Source: an uncultured euryarchaeote
Lineage (GTDB): Archaea > Thermoplasmatota > Poseidoniia > Poseidoniales > Poseidoniaceae
Assembly (NCBI GenBank): GCA_937899865.1
Contig: CALBRH010000051.1
Span: 1-64,000 of the forward strand
Direction: 5' to 3'
Length of the DNA: 64,000 bases
The notes under the pieces: generated by a model
The model's database searches: none
What the model saw: only the letters and a program-made list of their open reading frames with translations
Told to the model about the DNA's origin: nothing
Position numbers and translations under genes: made by a program
Shown: positions 29,362 through 39,566 of the stretch, one piece after another
Numbering within the stretch: position 1 is the stretch's first letter
How the letters are laid out: each line of letters starts with the position of its first letter

Positions 29362-30735
29362 ATGTTTGCAGAGATGTTTGCGCAGTTGGGTGCAATGCCT
29401 AATCCAATCTCCAATGATGAGTATTTGGCTAGGCAAAACAAACTTTGCCAAACACTTGATGACAATGATTTGCTGATTTTATGTTCTTCACCAGTGACTA
29501 TTCATTCTAATGATGTACATCATCCATACAGAACTCAAAGTAATCTACTTTACATGACTGGTTGGATTGAACCCGATGCCGTTTTTTGTTTTACAAATAA
29601 TGATGGGGATTGGGAATCACATCTTTTTGTTCAACCTAAGGATACGTTAAAGGAAATTTGGGAAGGAAGAAGACCAGGCTTAGAAGGTGCAGTTGCTAAC
29701 TGGCCAATTGATTTTGCACATTCAATTGATGATTTAGAAAATGTTCTTAGTGAAATGATTGCTAAATCCTCAAGAGTAATGCATAGAATGGGCATCATGA
29801 CCAAGGTTGATGATTTGGTTGTTGATGCAATTAAGAAACAAGATAGGGCACGTCAAAGACTTGGTTCGGGTCCAATATCTGTAGAGGATATGAGCAACAG
29901 AATTGCTGAGATGCGGCTAATAAAATCTGATGCTGAAATTGCTCAGATGAAATTTGCTTCTGACGTATCGAGTCTTGCTCACATTGCTGCTATGAGGCAT
30001 GGTGGTGGTGATTCTTCAACAGAAAACCAATTACAATCATTGATTGAAGGATTTTTTAGATATGCTGGGACTTCAGGATGGTCTTATCCATCAATCGTTG
30101 GTAGTGGAGAAAATGCGACAATTCTTCATTACAAAGAAAATAATTCACCATGTAAAGATGGTGATATCGTTCTAATTGATGCTGGGGCAGAATTTAGAGG
30201 CTATGCTGCAGACATTACCCGATCATGGCCTACTAATGGAATTTTTACAGAACCACAAAAAGAACTTTATCAGATAGTATTAGATTCTCAAATTGCGGCA
30301 ATAAATGAATGTGTTCCAGGAAATCCATACACTGCACCTCATGAGGCTGCAAGGAGAGTTTTAGCTGAGGGATTGATAAGATTAGGTATTATTGACCAAA
30401 GTTTGGATGATGCACTAGATTTGGAAAATGGTCAATTAAAGAATTGGTATATGCATAATACTAGTCATTGGATTGGCCTAGACGTACATGATGTTGGAGT
30501 ATATTTGCCAAATGGTGAACCAAGAACGCTACAACCTGGAATGTGCTTGACTATTGAACCTGGATTATATTTTGGTGCATGGAGGCCAGATGTTGATTGC
30601 CCTCAACGCTACTCAAATATTGGAATAAGAATTGAAGATGATGTTTTAATCGGAGAGAATGGTCCAATAGTGCTAACAGAAAGATGTCCTAAAACAATTG
30701 CTGAAATAGAATCAATTGTTGGCAAAAGTAACTAG
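29362..30735 (+). CDS. pepP: Xaa-Pro aminopeptidase (aminopeptidase P, bacterial type)
   Basis: N-terminal AMP_N-like domain; DAGAE, ADITR, HWIGLDVHDVG, TIEPGLY, GIRIEDDV. Confidence 0.93.
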   Translation: MFAEMFAQLGAMPNPISNDEYLARQNKLCQTLDDNDLLILCSSPVTIHSNDVHHPYRTQSNLLYMTGWIEPDAVFCFTNNDGDWESHLFVQPKDTLKEIWEGRRPGLEGAVANWPIDFAHSIDDLENVLSEMIAKSSRVMHRMGIMTKVDDLVVDAIKKQDRARQRLGSGPISVEDMSNRIAEMRLIKSDAEIAQMKFASDVSSLAHIAAMRHGGGDSSTENQLQSLIEGFFRYAGTSGWSYPSIVGSGENATILHYKENNSPCKDGDIVLIDAGAEFRGYAADITRSWPTNGIFTEPQKELYQIVLDSQIAAINECVPGNPYTAPHEAARRVLAEGLIRLGIIDQSLDDALDLENGQLKNWYMHNTSHWIGLDVHDVGVYLPNGEPRTLQPGMCLTIEPGLYFGAWRPDVDCPQRYSNIGIRIEDDVLIGENGPIVLTERCPKTIAEIESIVGKSN

Positions 30736-30745
30736 GTGGTATAAT

Positions 30746-31930
30746 ATGAACTGGCAATCTATACTTCAGCGTCAGCAAGGTTGGACTATAGATAAAGCCA
30801 ATGAATTTAGGTTATCTATTGAAGAGGCTACAGAACTATACTCTAATGCTCCATTACATGAATTAACTATGGCTGCAGATAAGCGTCGTAAATTGTTTTT
30901 CCCAAGTGGCGAAGTAACATATCTTGTTGACCGCAATGTCAATTACACCAATGTTTGTACAATTAATTGTCAATTTTGTTCATTTTATCGGCCTCCAGGG
31001 CATGATGAAACCTATACTCAGTCTTTTGAAGAAATATCTAATCGAGTATCTGAATTAGAGAAGATTGGTGGAAGTAGAATTTTGATGCAAGGAGGAGTAA
31101 ACCCGGAGTTACCGTTTTCTTGGTATCTTGATCTTATTTCTCATCTCACCAATAACCATCCAAATATCCAATTAGATTGCTTTAGTCCAATAGAAATTGA
31201 AGGAATAGCAGATGTATCTGGAATGAGTACCTTTGAGGTCTTAAAACAACTCAAGGAAGTTGGATTACATGGTCTTCCAGGTGGGGGTGCAGAAATGCTA
31301 GTTGATGAAGTTCGTAGTGATGTATCGCCCAAAAAAGGTAGTCCAGATAACTGGCTTAGGGTGATGGAAGAAGCACAATCAATCGGCCTTACAACTAGTG
31401 CAACTAATGTATTTGGCTTTGGAGAATCGCTTAATCAAAGAGTAGAACATATGTCAAGGATAAGAACACTTCAGGATTCATCAATTGAGAAATATGGAAG
31501 GGGCTTTACTTCATTCATTGCTTGGCCAGTACAGTTAGAAACAAATTCATTTGGTAAAAGAAATCGTGGTCAAAATAAGTATGTTTTGGGCGCAGGTCCA
31601 ACAGAATACATTCGACATGTTGCTATATCTCGATTATTTTTCGATAACATTTCCAGTATTCAGGCATCATGGCCTACAATGGGCTTAGGTATTGCACAAA
31701 TGGCATTGCTATCCGGTGCAAATGACGCAGGCTCCACTATGATGGAAGAAAACGTAGTATCGGCATCTGGTACAAGCAAAATATCAGCTTCGGAAATTGA
31801 ATTACAAAATACAATCATTAGAGCAGGTTTTATCCCAGTTAAACGGGACAGTGATTACAATCTCCTTCATACTGAAATTGTTGAAAAAATTACCAAGGAT
31901 TTAGCAGCACCAATACCATCACAGCATTAA
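30746..31930 (+). CDS. mqnC: Radical SAM protein of the CofH/MqnC family, most like cyclic dehypoxanthine futalosine synthase; start moved to 30746
   Basis: DRNVNYTNVC-TIN-CQFC (CxxxCxxC), MQGG, PGGGAE, IQASW, GANDAGSTMMEENVV; AGGTGG SD upstream. Confidence 0.75.
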   Translation: MNWQSILQRQQGWTIDKANEFRLSIEEATELYSNAPLHELTMAADKRRKLFFPSGEVTYLVDRNVNYTNVCTINCQFCSFYRPPGHDETYTQSFEEISNRVSELEKIGGSRILMQGGVNPELPFSWYLDLISHLTNNHPNIQLDCFSPIEIEGIADVSGMSTFEVLKQLKEVGLHGLPGGGAEMLVDEVRSDVSPKKGSPDNWLRVMEEAQSIGLTTSATNVFGFGESLNQRVEHMSRIRTLQDSSIEKYGRGFTSFIAWPVQLETNSFGKRNRGQNKYVLGAGPTEYIRHVAISRLFFDNISSIQASWPTMGLGIAQMALLSGANDAGSTMMEENVVSASGTSKISASEIELQNTIIRAGFIPVKRDSDYNLLHTEIVEKITKDLAAPIPSQH

Positions 31931-31934
31931 TTTG

Positions 31935-33089
31935 TTATTTCAGCGATAATGGGTGATTTGTTTCAGTTCTACCTGAGTTAACTATTGCTTCAGTAACACA
32001 AAATAATGATGGATGTTTTACCTTTAGTGGTTGAACCCACAGTAATTCTGGCAGATTTTCCCTTTCGATTATCACTACCATTTCCCAATGTATTCGAATA
32101 AGTGGAGAAAAAATTGTTCCAGGCCAGTCACCTTTTGGAGGTGTAATAGTTGTCTTTCCTGATTCAACATCTACGATCTCAGATTGTTGCATGATACGCA
32201 TTGGTCTTAGGAATAATCCACCTTTTATTTCGGTAGTTTGCATTGGCGAATCTTCACCGCCTCCAGTTCCATCATCCAAATCTACTGACCAGTGGTGTGG
32301 TAACTCTGTAGTAAGGCCCGGGGGTGGCTGGCTATCACTTTCACGTCCAAAAGCTCCCATTAATGCATCTCGACTTGGAGGTAATACGCCAACACGCCAT
32401 AAGACAGACATATTTTTCCAATTTTCTTTGGTTTCTGGGAAATTTATAGTTGCTACCAAATCTTCACCAGATGTACTTTCACTATGGAACACAATCTCTG
32501 GATTCTTAGGTTGTGACTTAAGGAATCTTCTTTGTTTAATTAAATCGGAAAAATTTGCAGTAACTCGCATAATTATTGGGACAAATAAAATTGGCACTAC
32601 TATTACTGCCAGTACAGGATAATCCAACAAACCAAATCTAACTCTACCAGTGCCAATACTAGGAACTCCCCAAACGCTAAGTATTGGTTCTAAAAACAAA
32701 TATGTTAAAGCAATTAAGAGTACGGAAACCGAGAAGTTCATAATTTTCCTTGCCTGTTTGTGAACAACATTTGGTGTAAGATACCAGCCTGTTCTTTGTT
32801 TACTAACTACTGATTCTTTAGGAACTGCTTCAAGCATTTCTTGTGCGTGATTTTCATCTAGTTTTAGAGTATCATTATCCAATGTATAACGTCTTTCAAC
32901 CAACCATGAAGATTTGTGACCAATTCGAAATGGTGGTGGAAGATTTCTTATTTTTTCATAAGCTTCTGATTCAGATATATCACTTGCAATTTCAGTCTTT
33001 CCAATCGCAATAGGTAGTAATTCAGGCTTGAATCTATAACTCTCAAAAGGAGGATATTTAATCCGCTCTTCTAAGAAAAGTTTACCCAT
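31935..33089 (-). CDS. Hypothetical protein with two TM segments and a soluble C-terminal domain
   Basis: 384-aa ORF; no family recognised. Confidence 0.7.
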   Translation of the reverse strand: MGKLFLEERIKYPPFESYRFKPELLPIAIGKTEIASDISESEAYEKIRNLPPPFRIGHKSSWLVERRYTLDNDTLKLDENHAQEMLEAVPKESVVSKQRTGWYLTPNVVHKQARKIMNFSVSVLLIALTYLFLEPILSVWGVPSIGTGRVRFGLLDYPVLAVIVVPILFVPIIMRVTANFSDLIKQRRFLKSQPKNPEIVFHSESTSGEDLVATINFPETKENWKNMSVLWRVGVLPPSRDALMGAFGRESDSQPPPGLTTELPHHWSVDLDDGTGGGEDSPMQTTEIKGGLFLRPMRIMQQSEIVDVESGKTTITPPKGDWPGTIFSPLIRIHWEMVVIIERENLPELLWVQPLKVKHPSLFCVTEAIVNSGRTETNHPLSLK

Positions 33090-33099
33090 TTAAATCACC

Positions 33100-34326
33100 T
33101 TAACTAAATATCAATTTCATACCGGCTTTCAATGCTAATTTTCTAAATGCAGGGACTTTTCTAATTAGAGCCATGCCAAGTGGAACTGGTTTTTCGATAT
33201 CTCCTACTTGATTGATTAATTGAATTATTTCAGGCTTTGCAAACTGCTCGAAATTTCTGTCTAGTTCATCATCTTCACAATCGCTAACTAGTAAATTCCT
33301 CAAAGATCTTGCACGATTTTGCTCCTTACGCATTTTTTCAAAGTGATTTTTAGCAATTGACTTAAGTTTATCTTCACTCAAATCATTAAGATTGATTGCA
33401 ATAGATAACTTGTCGACAATGCCGTTGATTTGTTCAAAACCAGGTCCAATGCCTCCGCCAGTTGTAGGCTTAGCCATTCCAGCCGCATCACCAATTAACA
33501 ATACTCTATTTTTGTAGGCCTTTTTCACCATACCACTAGGTACCGGTCCACAATAGCGGGCTGTTTCTCTAACATCACTGAATCGTTCTTTCCAAAGTGG
33601 ATGATTCAATAGATTATGATAGCATTCCTCTATACTTTTACCATCCAAACGGTCAGCGGTTGACCATAGTCCGATTCTACAACTATCATTTCCTGAAGGA
33701 ATTACCCAAGCAAAAAACCCTGGTGCAATTTCTGAACCAGAATACATTTCTAACCAGCGCTTTCTATACTGATATCCTACAACTTCTGTCTGGAATCCAA
33801 TCATGAGTTCTTTTGGACGCCCCATTTTGAAATATCTTCGTGTCCATGAATGGGCACCATCACATCCAATCAGTAATTTTGTTGAAATCTGTATTTCATT
33901 TCCGTCTTTATTCACTGTGAGAATTACTCCATCAGACTTTGCATCTGCATTTACTGGTTTTGAATTCAACCATAATGTTGCACCTGAAGTCATTGATTGT
34001 CTGACAACAGCTTCATCGAATAACTTTCTACAAACAACGTATGTCCTTACTGTTCCACCAGTTCCTACTGGTACTAATGTTCCCGATGGTCCATGAATTA
34101 GTGCGCCATCAATCTCTTCCAAAATAGTATCATACAATCCAACCTGTTTCATGGCATTTGGAGTAACAAGTCCTGCACATTGAAATGGTCTGCCGATTTC
34201 ATTGTGTTCTTCAAGTAGCAAAACACTATGGCCAAGTTTAGCAAGTATGTTAGCAGTATGACCTCCAACTGGTCCTGCACCAACGATAACAACATCCCAA
34301 TCATGAGAAGTTATCAACTCGTCCAT
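33100..34326 (-). CDS. Geranylgeranyl reductase family (DGGGPL reductase-like)
   Basis: VVIVGAGPVG FAD motif, GCDGAHS, PGFFAWVIP, GDAAG..KPTTGGGI. Confidence 0.9.
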   Translation of the reverse strand: MDELITSHDWDVVIVGAGPVGGHTANILAKLGHSVLLLEEHNEIGRPFQCAGLVTPNAMKQVGLYDTILEEIDGALIHGPSGTLVPVGTGGTVRTYVVCRKLFDEAVVRQSMTSGATLWLNSKPVNADAKSDGVILTVNKDGNEIQISTKLLIGCDGAHSWTRRYFKMGRPKELMIGFQTEVVGYQYRKRWLEMYSGSEIAPGFFAWVIPSGNDSCRIGLWSTADRLDGKSIEECYHNLLNHPLWKERFSDVRETARYCGPVPSGMVKKAYKNRVLLIGDAAGMAKPTTGGGIGPGFEQINGIVDKLSIAINLNDLSEDKLKSIAKNHFEKMRKEQNRARSLRNLLVSDCEDDELDRNFEQFAKPEIIQLINQVGDIEKPVPLGMALIRKVPAFRKLALKAGMKLIFS

Positions 34327-34382
34327 GATACTCTCTCAGTCAAGTTTGGTTTTATTGTTATGTCGACAATTTACTATAATGT

Positions 34383-37136
34383 CTACTTTTTAGCAAATTT
34401 ATAACCAACCGCTTGATTCTTTTTCAAGTACAAAATAGATGTAAATTTATTTCCAGTTTTCCTAGAAACAAAATCATCAAATGGACCAATTTGTCCTTTT
34501 TCAATCAACATCTTAGCTTCTTCTCGAGTAATTTCTCTTGAAGACATTTCTCGTGCGATTTGAATTTTACAATCAGAGCCATCATTTGCAGGTTGGTAAA
34601 AAGTTGGAGTTTCAATAATTTCTTCTTTAGTTTTTGGACAAATCGCCACAACACCTTCAACAACAGGGAATTGCTTAGCATCAGCAGCTGCTTTTCTTGG
34701 TGGGAATTCAAACTTGACTCGATCTCCATCAAGCTTCAAGAAAGCACTAAACGGTCTACCCTTCTTCGAGGTAAAATCTTCTAATAGAGCAGATTTTCCT
34801 TCAAGCAATATTGATTTTGCTTCCTCTGGAGTAATTTTCCTCTTACACATTTCTTTAGATAACCCTCTAAATTTACATTCTTGATTATCACATGCATACA
34901 TTGTAGAATTTAGCCTAATTGTTCCTCTTGAACATGCTGGACATTCACATAATTCATCGTCATCTGATGAAGAAGTAGACTCTCCTCCACCAACAAATTC
35001 TACACTACCATTTTCATTTATCTTGACACTGGCAACATATGGTTCTCCATTTCTATTAAAGAAACCATGTAAATCAGTTAACTCTTTTTCCTCTAACAAA
35101 CGCTTTGCAGTATCATTGTCAAACCATCTTCCACTGGTATTCTTCCAAAATACAAAATCACAACTTGAACCCTTTCCTTCATTTTTGGGACACAAATAAG
35201 AAAGTACTGTTTCAGTTAAATTTTCATCACATTTTAGACAGCATCCTATTGTTTCCATTTTCTTAAACAACTCATTTCTATCATGATTTTTGATTCGAGT
35301 GATCATTTCTTCGGCCTTATCATAGATTACTTGCATATATTGTTCTCTTGAAAAATCTCCATTTTGAACAGAAGTCAATTTTGCTTCCATATCACCGGTT
35401 AACTCAGGAGATGTAATCCATTCCACAGGTATTGCTCGTAATAATTCAATTAACTTAATTCCACCAGGGGTGGCTCTTAAACTACCTGAACGTGCTCTTT
35501 GAATGAAGTTTCTAGAAATTAATTTTTCAATTGTGTCAGCCCTTGTAGCAGGAGTCCCAAGCCCTTTACCTTTCATTGCTTCTGCTAATTCATCGTCATC
35601 AATACTTCTTCCTGCATGTTCCATTAAGGACAGTAATTTTGCTTCTTTAAGTCGATTTGTTGGTTTTGTCATTTCTTCCTTGAATTGGTGTTTTAGTGCT
35701 TGTGTAATTGCCGGGTTTGTTTCTAATGAATTCCACTTTTCTGGAATAGTATTACTTTTTGGCTTTACTTCTCGCCATCCAGCCTCTTTAAGGATTCTAA
35801 CTTGCTTTTTGAAATCTTGATTATTTTTTGTACTAATTCTTGTTTGAACATCCCATATTGCTATTGGATGGAATGAAGCCAAAAATTGTCGACAGATTAG
35901 ATCATATAATTTTGCAGCATCTTGACTTAGGTTGGATTGTGGTAATTTTCCAGTCGGTATTATAGCGTAGTGGTCTGAAACTTTACTATCATTAAAATTA
36001 CGTGAAACATTAGTTAATCCATTTTGCTTTAATCTTTCAGTATGCGGGTTGAGTTGGTCTTGAGCACCAAGTTGAGCAATAGTTTTGCTTATGGATTCAA
36101 TCATATCTTCAGGCAAATATCTGGAATCAGTACGTGGATAGGTAGTTAATTTGTGTGTGTCATATAGTTCTTGAGCAACAGATAGAGTTCGCTTTGAAGT
36201 CCATGACCACATACTATTTGCCTCTCTTTGCAGGGTAGTAAGATCAAAATTTAGTGGAGGATTTTCTTTTGAGTCTCGATGTTCTTGCTTAGTTGAGAAA
36301 TCTCCATCTGCATTTAACAAATCTTCGAGCATTTTCTTTTCCTTTTCATCAATGATACGATGAGCTTTAGTTAGAGGATTGTCTTTATCCTCCACGTTGT
36401 CACGGCGTTCCCATCTGCCGGTCCATTCACAATTTTTTGATTTGAAATCAACCTCTAGTTCCCAGAATGGTTCAGCTTTATGACCTAAAATTTCTAATTC
36501 CTTATCGACAATCAATGCTAAGGTAGCAGTTTGAACTCTTCCAAGTGACATTGATGTGCCATCATTTCTACCAGTCCTCAAAAATGTAGATGCGATTCGA
36601 GAACCATTCATCCCGATAATCCAATCCGCCTCTGCTCTACTTACTGCAGCATCTCTTAGGCGAGAATAAGTGTTTGAATCCAACCTGTCATTATAAGCCT
36701 TCATTATGGAATCTGGAGTCATAGATTGCAACCACATTCTACTCATTGGTACTTTTGACTTTGAAAATTCTACAATTCTTCGAAAGATTAACTCTCCTTC
36801 TCTAGCAGCATCACAAGCATTTACAATTTCAGTGCAATTTTTGGCTGAAATAAGTTTCTTAATAGCGGTTAATTGTTTTCGATTATTGCCTCTACCACTA
36901 CTTGGCTTAAGTTCAAATTTCTCAGGAATAAAAGGTAGCATATCGATACTTTTTCGCCAATCTTTCAATCTATCGTCATATTCCTCTGGCATTTTTAACT
37001 CCAAAAGGTGCCCTACTGCCCATGTTATTACAAGGTCATCTGACTCCCAATGAGTGTCAGTTTTTTTGGTTACACCAAGGACTTTGGCAATGTCTTGTGC
37101 AACACTCGGTTTTTCAGCGATAACGACAATTGCCAT
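34383..37136 (-). CDS. topB: Type IA DNA topoisomerase, bacterial topoisomerase III-like, with three C-terminal repeats
   Basis: IAEKPSVA, DAAREGELIF, GRVQT, TYPRTDS (catalytic Tyr); repeats ITxEEAKxL..G....xxDFxSxKG. Confidence 0.9.
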   Translation of the reverse strand: MAIVVIAEKPSVAQDIAKVLGVTKKTDTHWESDDLVITWAVGHLLELKMPEEYDDRLKDWRKSIDMLPFIPEKFELKPSSGRGNNRKQLTAIKKLISAKNCTEIVNACDAAREGELIFRRIVEFSKSKVPMSRMWLQSMTPDSIMKAYNDRLDSNTYSRLRDAAVSRAEADWIIGMNGSRIASTFLRTGRNDGTSMSLGRVQTATLALIVDKELEILGHKAEPFWELEVDFKSKNCEWTGRWERRDNVEDKDNPLTKAHRIIDEKEKKMLEDLLNADGDFSTKQEHRDSKENPPLNFDLTTLQREANSMWSWTSKRTLSVAQELYDTHKLTTYPRTDSRYLPEDMIESISKTIAQLGAQDQLNPHTERLKQNGLTNVSRNFNDSKVSDHYAIIPTGKLPQSNLSQDAAKLYDLICRQFLASFHPIAIWDVQTRISTKNNQDFKKQVRILKEAGWREVKPKSNTIPEKWNSLETNPAITQALKHQFKEEMTKPTNRLKEAKLLSLMEHAGRSIDDDELAEAMKGKGLGTPATRADTIEKLISRNFIQRARSGSLRATPGGIKLIELLRAIPVEWITSPELTGDMEAKLTSVQNGDFSREQYMQVIYDKAEEMITRIKNHDRNELFKKMETIGCCLKCDENLTETVLSYLCPKNEGKGSSCDFVFWKNTSGRWFDNDTAKRLLEEKELTDLHGFFNRNGEPYVASVKINENGSVEFVGGGESTSSSDDDELCECPACSRGTIRLNSTMYACDNQECKFRGLSKEMCKRKITPEEAKSILLEGKSALLEDFTSKKGRPFSAFLKLDGDRVKFEFPPRKAAADAKQFPVVEGVVAICPKTKEEIIETPTFYQPANDGSDCKIQIAREMSSREITREEAKMLIEKGQIGPFDDFVSRKTGNKFTSILYLKKNQAVGYKFAKK

Positions 37137-37141
37137 GATTT

Positions 37142-37148
37142 ACCTCCC
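37142..37148 (-). promoter_or_regulatory. Shine-Dalgarno motif for topB
   Basis: GGGAGGT 5 nt before the ATG. Confidence 0.7.
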
Positions 37149-37231
37149 ACCGGCGGCGATACTTGAACCCTCTCCATGGACAAATATTTACTAGATACTA
37201 TAGTATCTAGAGAAAATTCAGCATGTAAAAG

Positions 37232-37663
37232 TTAGAGATTTTTTTTGCGAGAAATTCTAAATTCTATCTCATTCCAACGACCCTCTTGAACTGAATCTAC
37301 ACAGCCATTGCATCCTGGATAACCAGCATCTAATAATTGTAAGCATGATTCAATCAAAGCTTCAAATCCTTCACTAACATCCATTTCTATCCAGCAAATA
37401 TCTTCTTCAGGCCTCTCCTTTCCAAGGTATATGATTGGTAATGGATTTTCTTCAGATGTATGGTAAATCCAAATATCTTCATTGTCAACACGGTCATGAA
37501 TTGGAAAAGTAGTTCTTTGAGGTATTTTTTCAGATATATGGTCTGATAATTTTCTGATCTGTTCTAAGTATTTTATATCAGATTTAATCGTAATTTGTTC
37601 CAATCTAACCATTCTTCGAGCAGATTCTCTGACTACAGGCCACAAGGGGTGAATCATCTGCAT
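37232..37663 (-). CDS. Hypothetical protein with C-terminal Cys motif
   Basis: 143-aa ORF containing CLQLLDAGYPGCNGC. Confidence 0.65.
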   Translation of the reverse strand: MQMIHPLWPVVRESARRMVRLEQITIKSDIKYLEQIRKLSDHISEKIPQRTTFPIHDRVDNEDIWIYHTSEENPLPIIYLGKERPEEDICWIEMDVSEGFEALIESCLQLLDAGYPGCNGCVDSVQEGRWNEIEFRISRKKNL

Positions 37664-37716
37664 AATTGGGCCAATGAGGGGTAAGTCTTGAATGATGCCG
37701 TCGCTGAGAAGTAATC

Positions 37717-38841
37717 ATGGGGCTGATGTATCGAATCTTTATCCGGCCCACGCTAGTCTTTCAAGATTCAGAAAAAGCCCATTTAAGATCTGTCAAAATG
37801 CTTAGATTTCTGTCGAACAATAGAATGACAAAATTTTTCCTCTCAACTATTTACAAACCAAATAAAAAATTGTCTATATCTCTGTTTGGATCTAATTTTA
37901 TTCATCCATTTGGCCTAGCAGCTGGGATGGATAAAAAAGGTGAAGCAATAAATGGATGGGAGTCTATTGGCCTATCATTTGCAGAAATTGGGGGAGTAAC
38001 TATGCTTGAACAACTTGGTAATCCTAAACCTAGAATGTTTAGGTCATCTAAACACAAAGCATTAGTTAATCGAATGGGCTTCAATAATCCTGGCTCGGAA
38101 AAAATGCAACATTCACTTGAGAAGCATTACAATAAGTTTGGCAAACCAGGAATTCCTATATGGATTAACTTAGGTAAATCGAAACTAACTGATAATTCGG
38201 ATGCACATATTGATTATTCAACAACTTTAGAAAGACTTTGGGATTATGGAGATGTTTTTGTAATCAATGTGTCATCACCTAATACTCCTAATTTAAGAGA
38301 TTTACAAGACGAAGAAGAATTAAGAAAAATTATCATGGCTTGTATGAATGTTAACAATACCCAAGCGAAAAATCGTAAACTTGAGCCTAAACGAATCTTA
38401 GTAAAAATAGCTCCAGATATGACTTTGGAACAATTGGAGCAAATTGTTAATGTTGCAGTAGAAACTGGTTGTTCTGGAATAGTTGCCACTAATACTACTA
38501 TTTCTCGACCTTCTGAACTTAGTAATGATGCGGCATTACAAGAGCAGGGTGGTTTGAGCGGAAAGCCAGTAAAAGAACAATCTACAGAATTCATAAAACA
38601 CATCTATAAATTTACTAATGGCTCATTACCAATTATTGGTGTTGGTGGTATAATGAGTGCTGATGATGCATGGGAGAAGATAATAGCAGGAGCAAGCTTA
38701 ATTCAAGCATACAGTGGTTTTGTTTTTCATGGACCCGGTTTGACTAAGGATGTTGTTCGAGGTCTTAACAGAAAATTGAAACAACATAACCTGTCCAAAA
38801 TAGAAGATGCAATCGGCCTAATGCATAAGGAGAGTGATTGA
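37717..38841 (+). CDS. pyrD: Dihydroorotate dehydrogenase, class 2 (quinone-dependent)
   Basis: GLAAGMDK, PRMFR, NRMGFNNPG, INVSSPNTPNLR (catalytic Ser), VKIAPD, GGLSG. Confidence 0.95.
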   Translation: MGLMYRIFIRPTLVFQDSEKAHLRSVKMLRFLSNNRMTKFFLSTIYKPNKKLSISLFGSNFIHPFGLAAGMDKKGEAINGWESIGLSFAEIGGVTMLEQLGNPKPRMFRSSKHKALVNRMGFNNPGSEKMQHSLEKHYNKFGKPGIPIWINLGKSKLTDNSDAHIDYSTTLERLWDYGDVFVINVSSPNTPNLRDLQDEEELRKIIMACMNVNNTQAKNRKLEPKRILVKIAPDMTLEQLEQIVNVAVETGCSGIVATNTTISRPSELSNDAALQEQGGLSGKPVKEQSTEFIKHIYKFTNGSLPIIGVGGIMSADDAWEKIIAGASLIQAYSGFVFHGPGLTKDVVRGLNRKLKQHNLSKIEDAIGLMHKESD

Positions 38842-39219
38842 ATGTTCACTCGTAGAACAAGACTACTAATCACTGGCGGGTTGCTGACTCTTATCATTCT
38901 TGGAGCAGTTATTTTGCAATCACCCGAACCTACTAGAACAGTAGATGAAATCATGGAGAGTCCAAATGGATATGTTGGTGAAGATATTGCCATAAGAGGC
39001 GAAGTTAAAGATGGCACCATTAATAATTCTACAATGACATTTATTTTGCATGGTTCAGATTATGAAATATTAGTTGATTTTGTTGATGCTTCTGTATCTA
39101 ATGGTCTTGATGATAACAGGACAGTATATGCTAAAGGCGTACTGAAATTTATTGATTCCAAATATGTATTTGAGGCTGAAATAATCAAAACTTCGTGCCC
39201 TTCCAAGTATGAAGAATAA
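38842..39219 (+). CDS. ccmE: Cytochrome c maturation protein CcmE, CxxxY (System I*) type
   Basis: N-terminal TM, OB-fold-like core, C-terminal CPSKY. Confidence 0.88.
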   Translation: MFTRRTRLLITGGLLTLIILGAVILQSPEPTRTVDEIMESPNGYVGEDIAIRGEVKDGTINNSTMTFILHGSDYEILVDFVDASVSNGLDDNRTVYAKGVLKFIDSKYVFEAEIIKTSCPSKYEE

Positions 39220-39258
39220 ATTTGTCTCACCGTTCTGTTAAAATACCAATCAATCGAC

Positions 39259-39554
39259 GGGATGGCGGGATAGGTGGGGAGCTAGGCGTACCCTGTACCA
39301 CAAATCGTCTTCATGGTGGACTGAACGCCTTGGAGCGGCGAGAGCGGCTTTATGGTTCCTACATGCGGACGTTGATGTCTCGCCCCTACATGACTCGGGT
39401 GTCATGAACCGTCTCCGGAAGGAAACGGGAAATGAATAACTGGGGAATCAGGTCAGGCCGGGAACGGAGCAGCCCTACTTAGGGCCATGAGTGCTGTGGG
39501 GTAGCGGGATGGAGAAAGTGTGTGGATTTGGCCATAAAGTACGAGCGTCCATCC
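39259..39554 (+). ncRNA. ffs: Archaeal signal recognition particle (7S) RNA
   Basis: Helix 8 signature GTCAGGCCG-GGAA-CGGAGCAGC; helix 6 hairpin CCGTCTCC-GGAA-GGAAACGG; Alu-like CCCTGTA; GGATGG/CCATCC terminal pairing; about 296 nt GC-rich island. Ends are approximate. Confidence 0.92.
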
Positions 39555-39566
39555 TTGGAATTCCCA

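Noticed and set aside
30746-31930. Radical SAM gene as the RiPP maturase partner of the PqqD-like protein, or as F420 CofH
   Set aside because: No SPASM Cys motifs and 26 kb from the PqqD-like gene; motifs fit MqnC better and no cofG is seen
39222-39407. 61-aa ORF after ccmE
   Set aside because: Overlaps the SRP RNA; its GC-rich composition is explained by RNA structure
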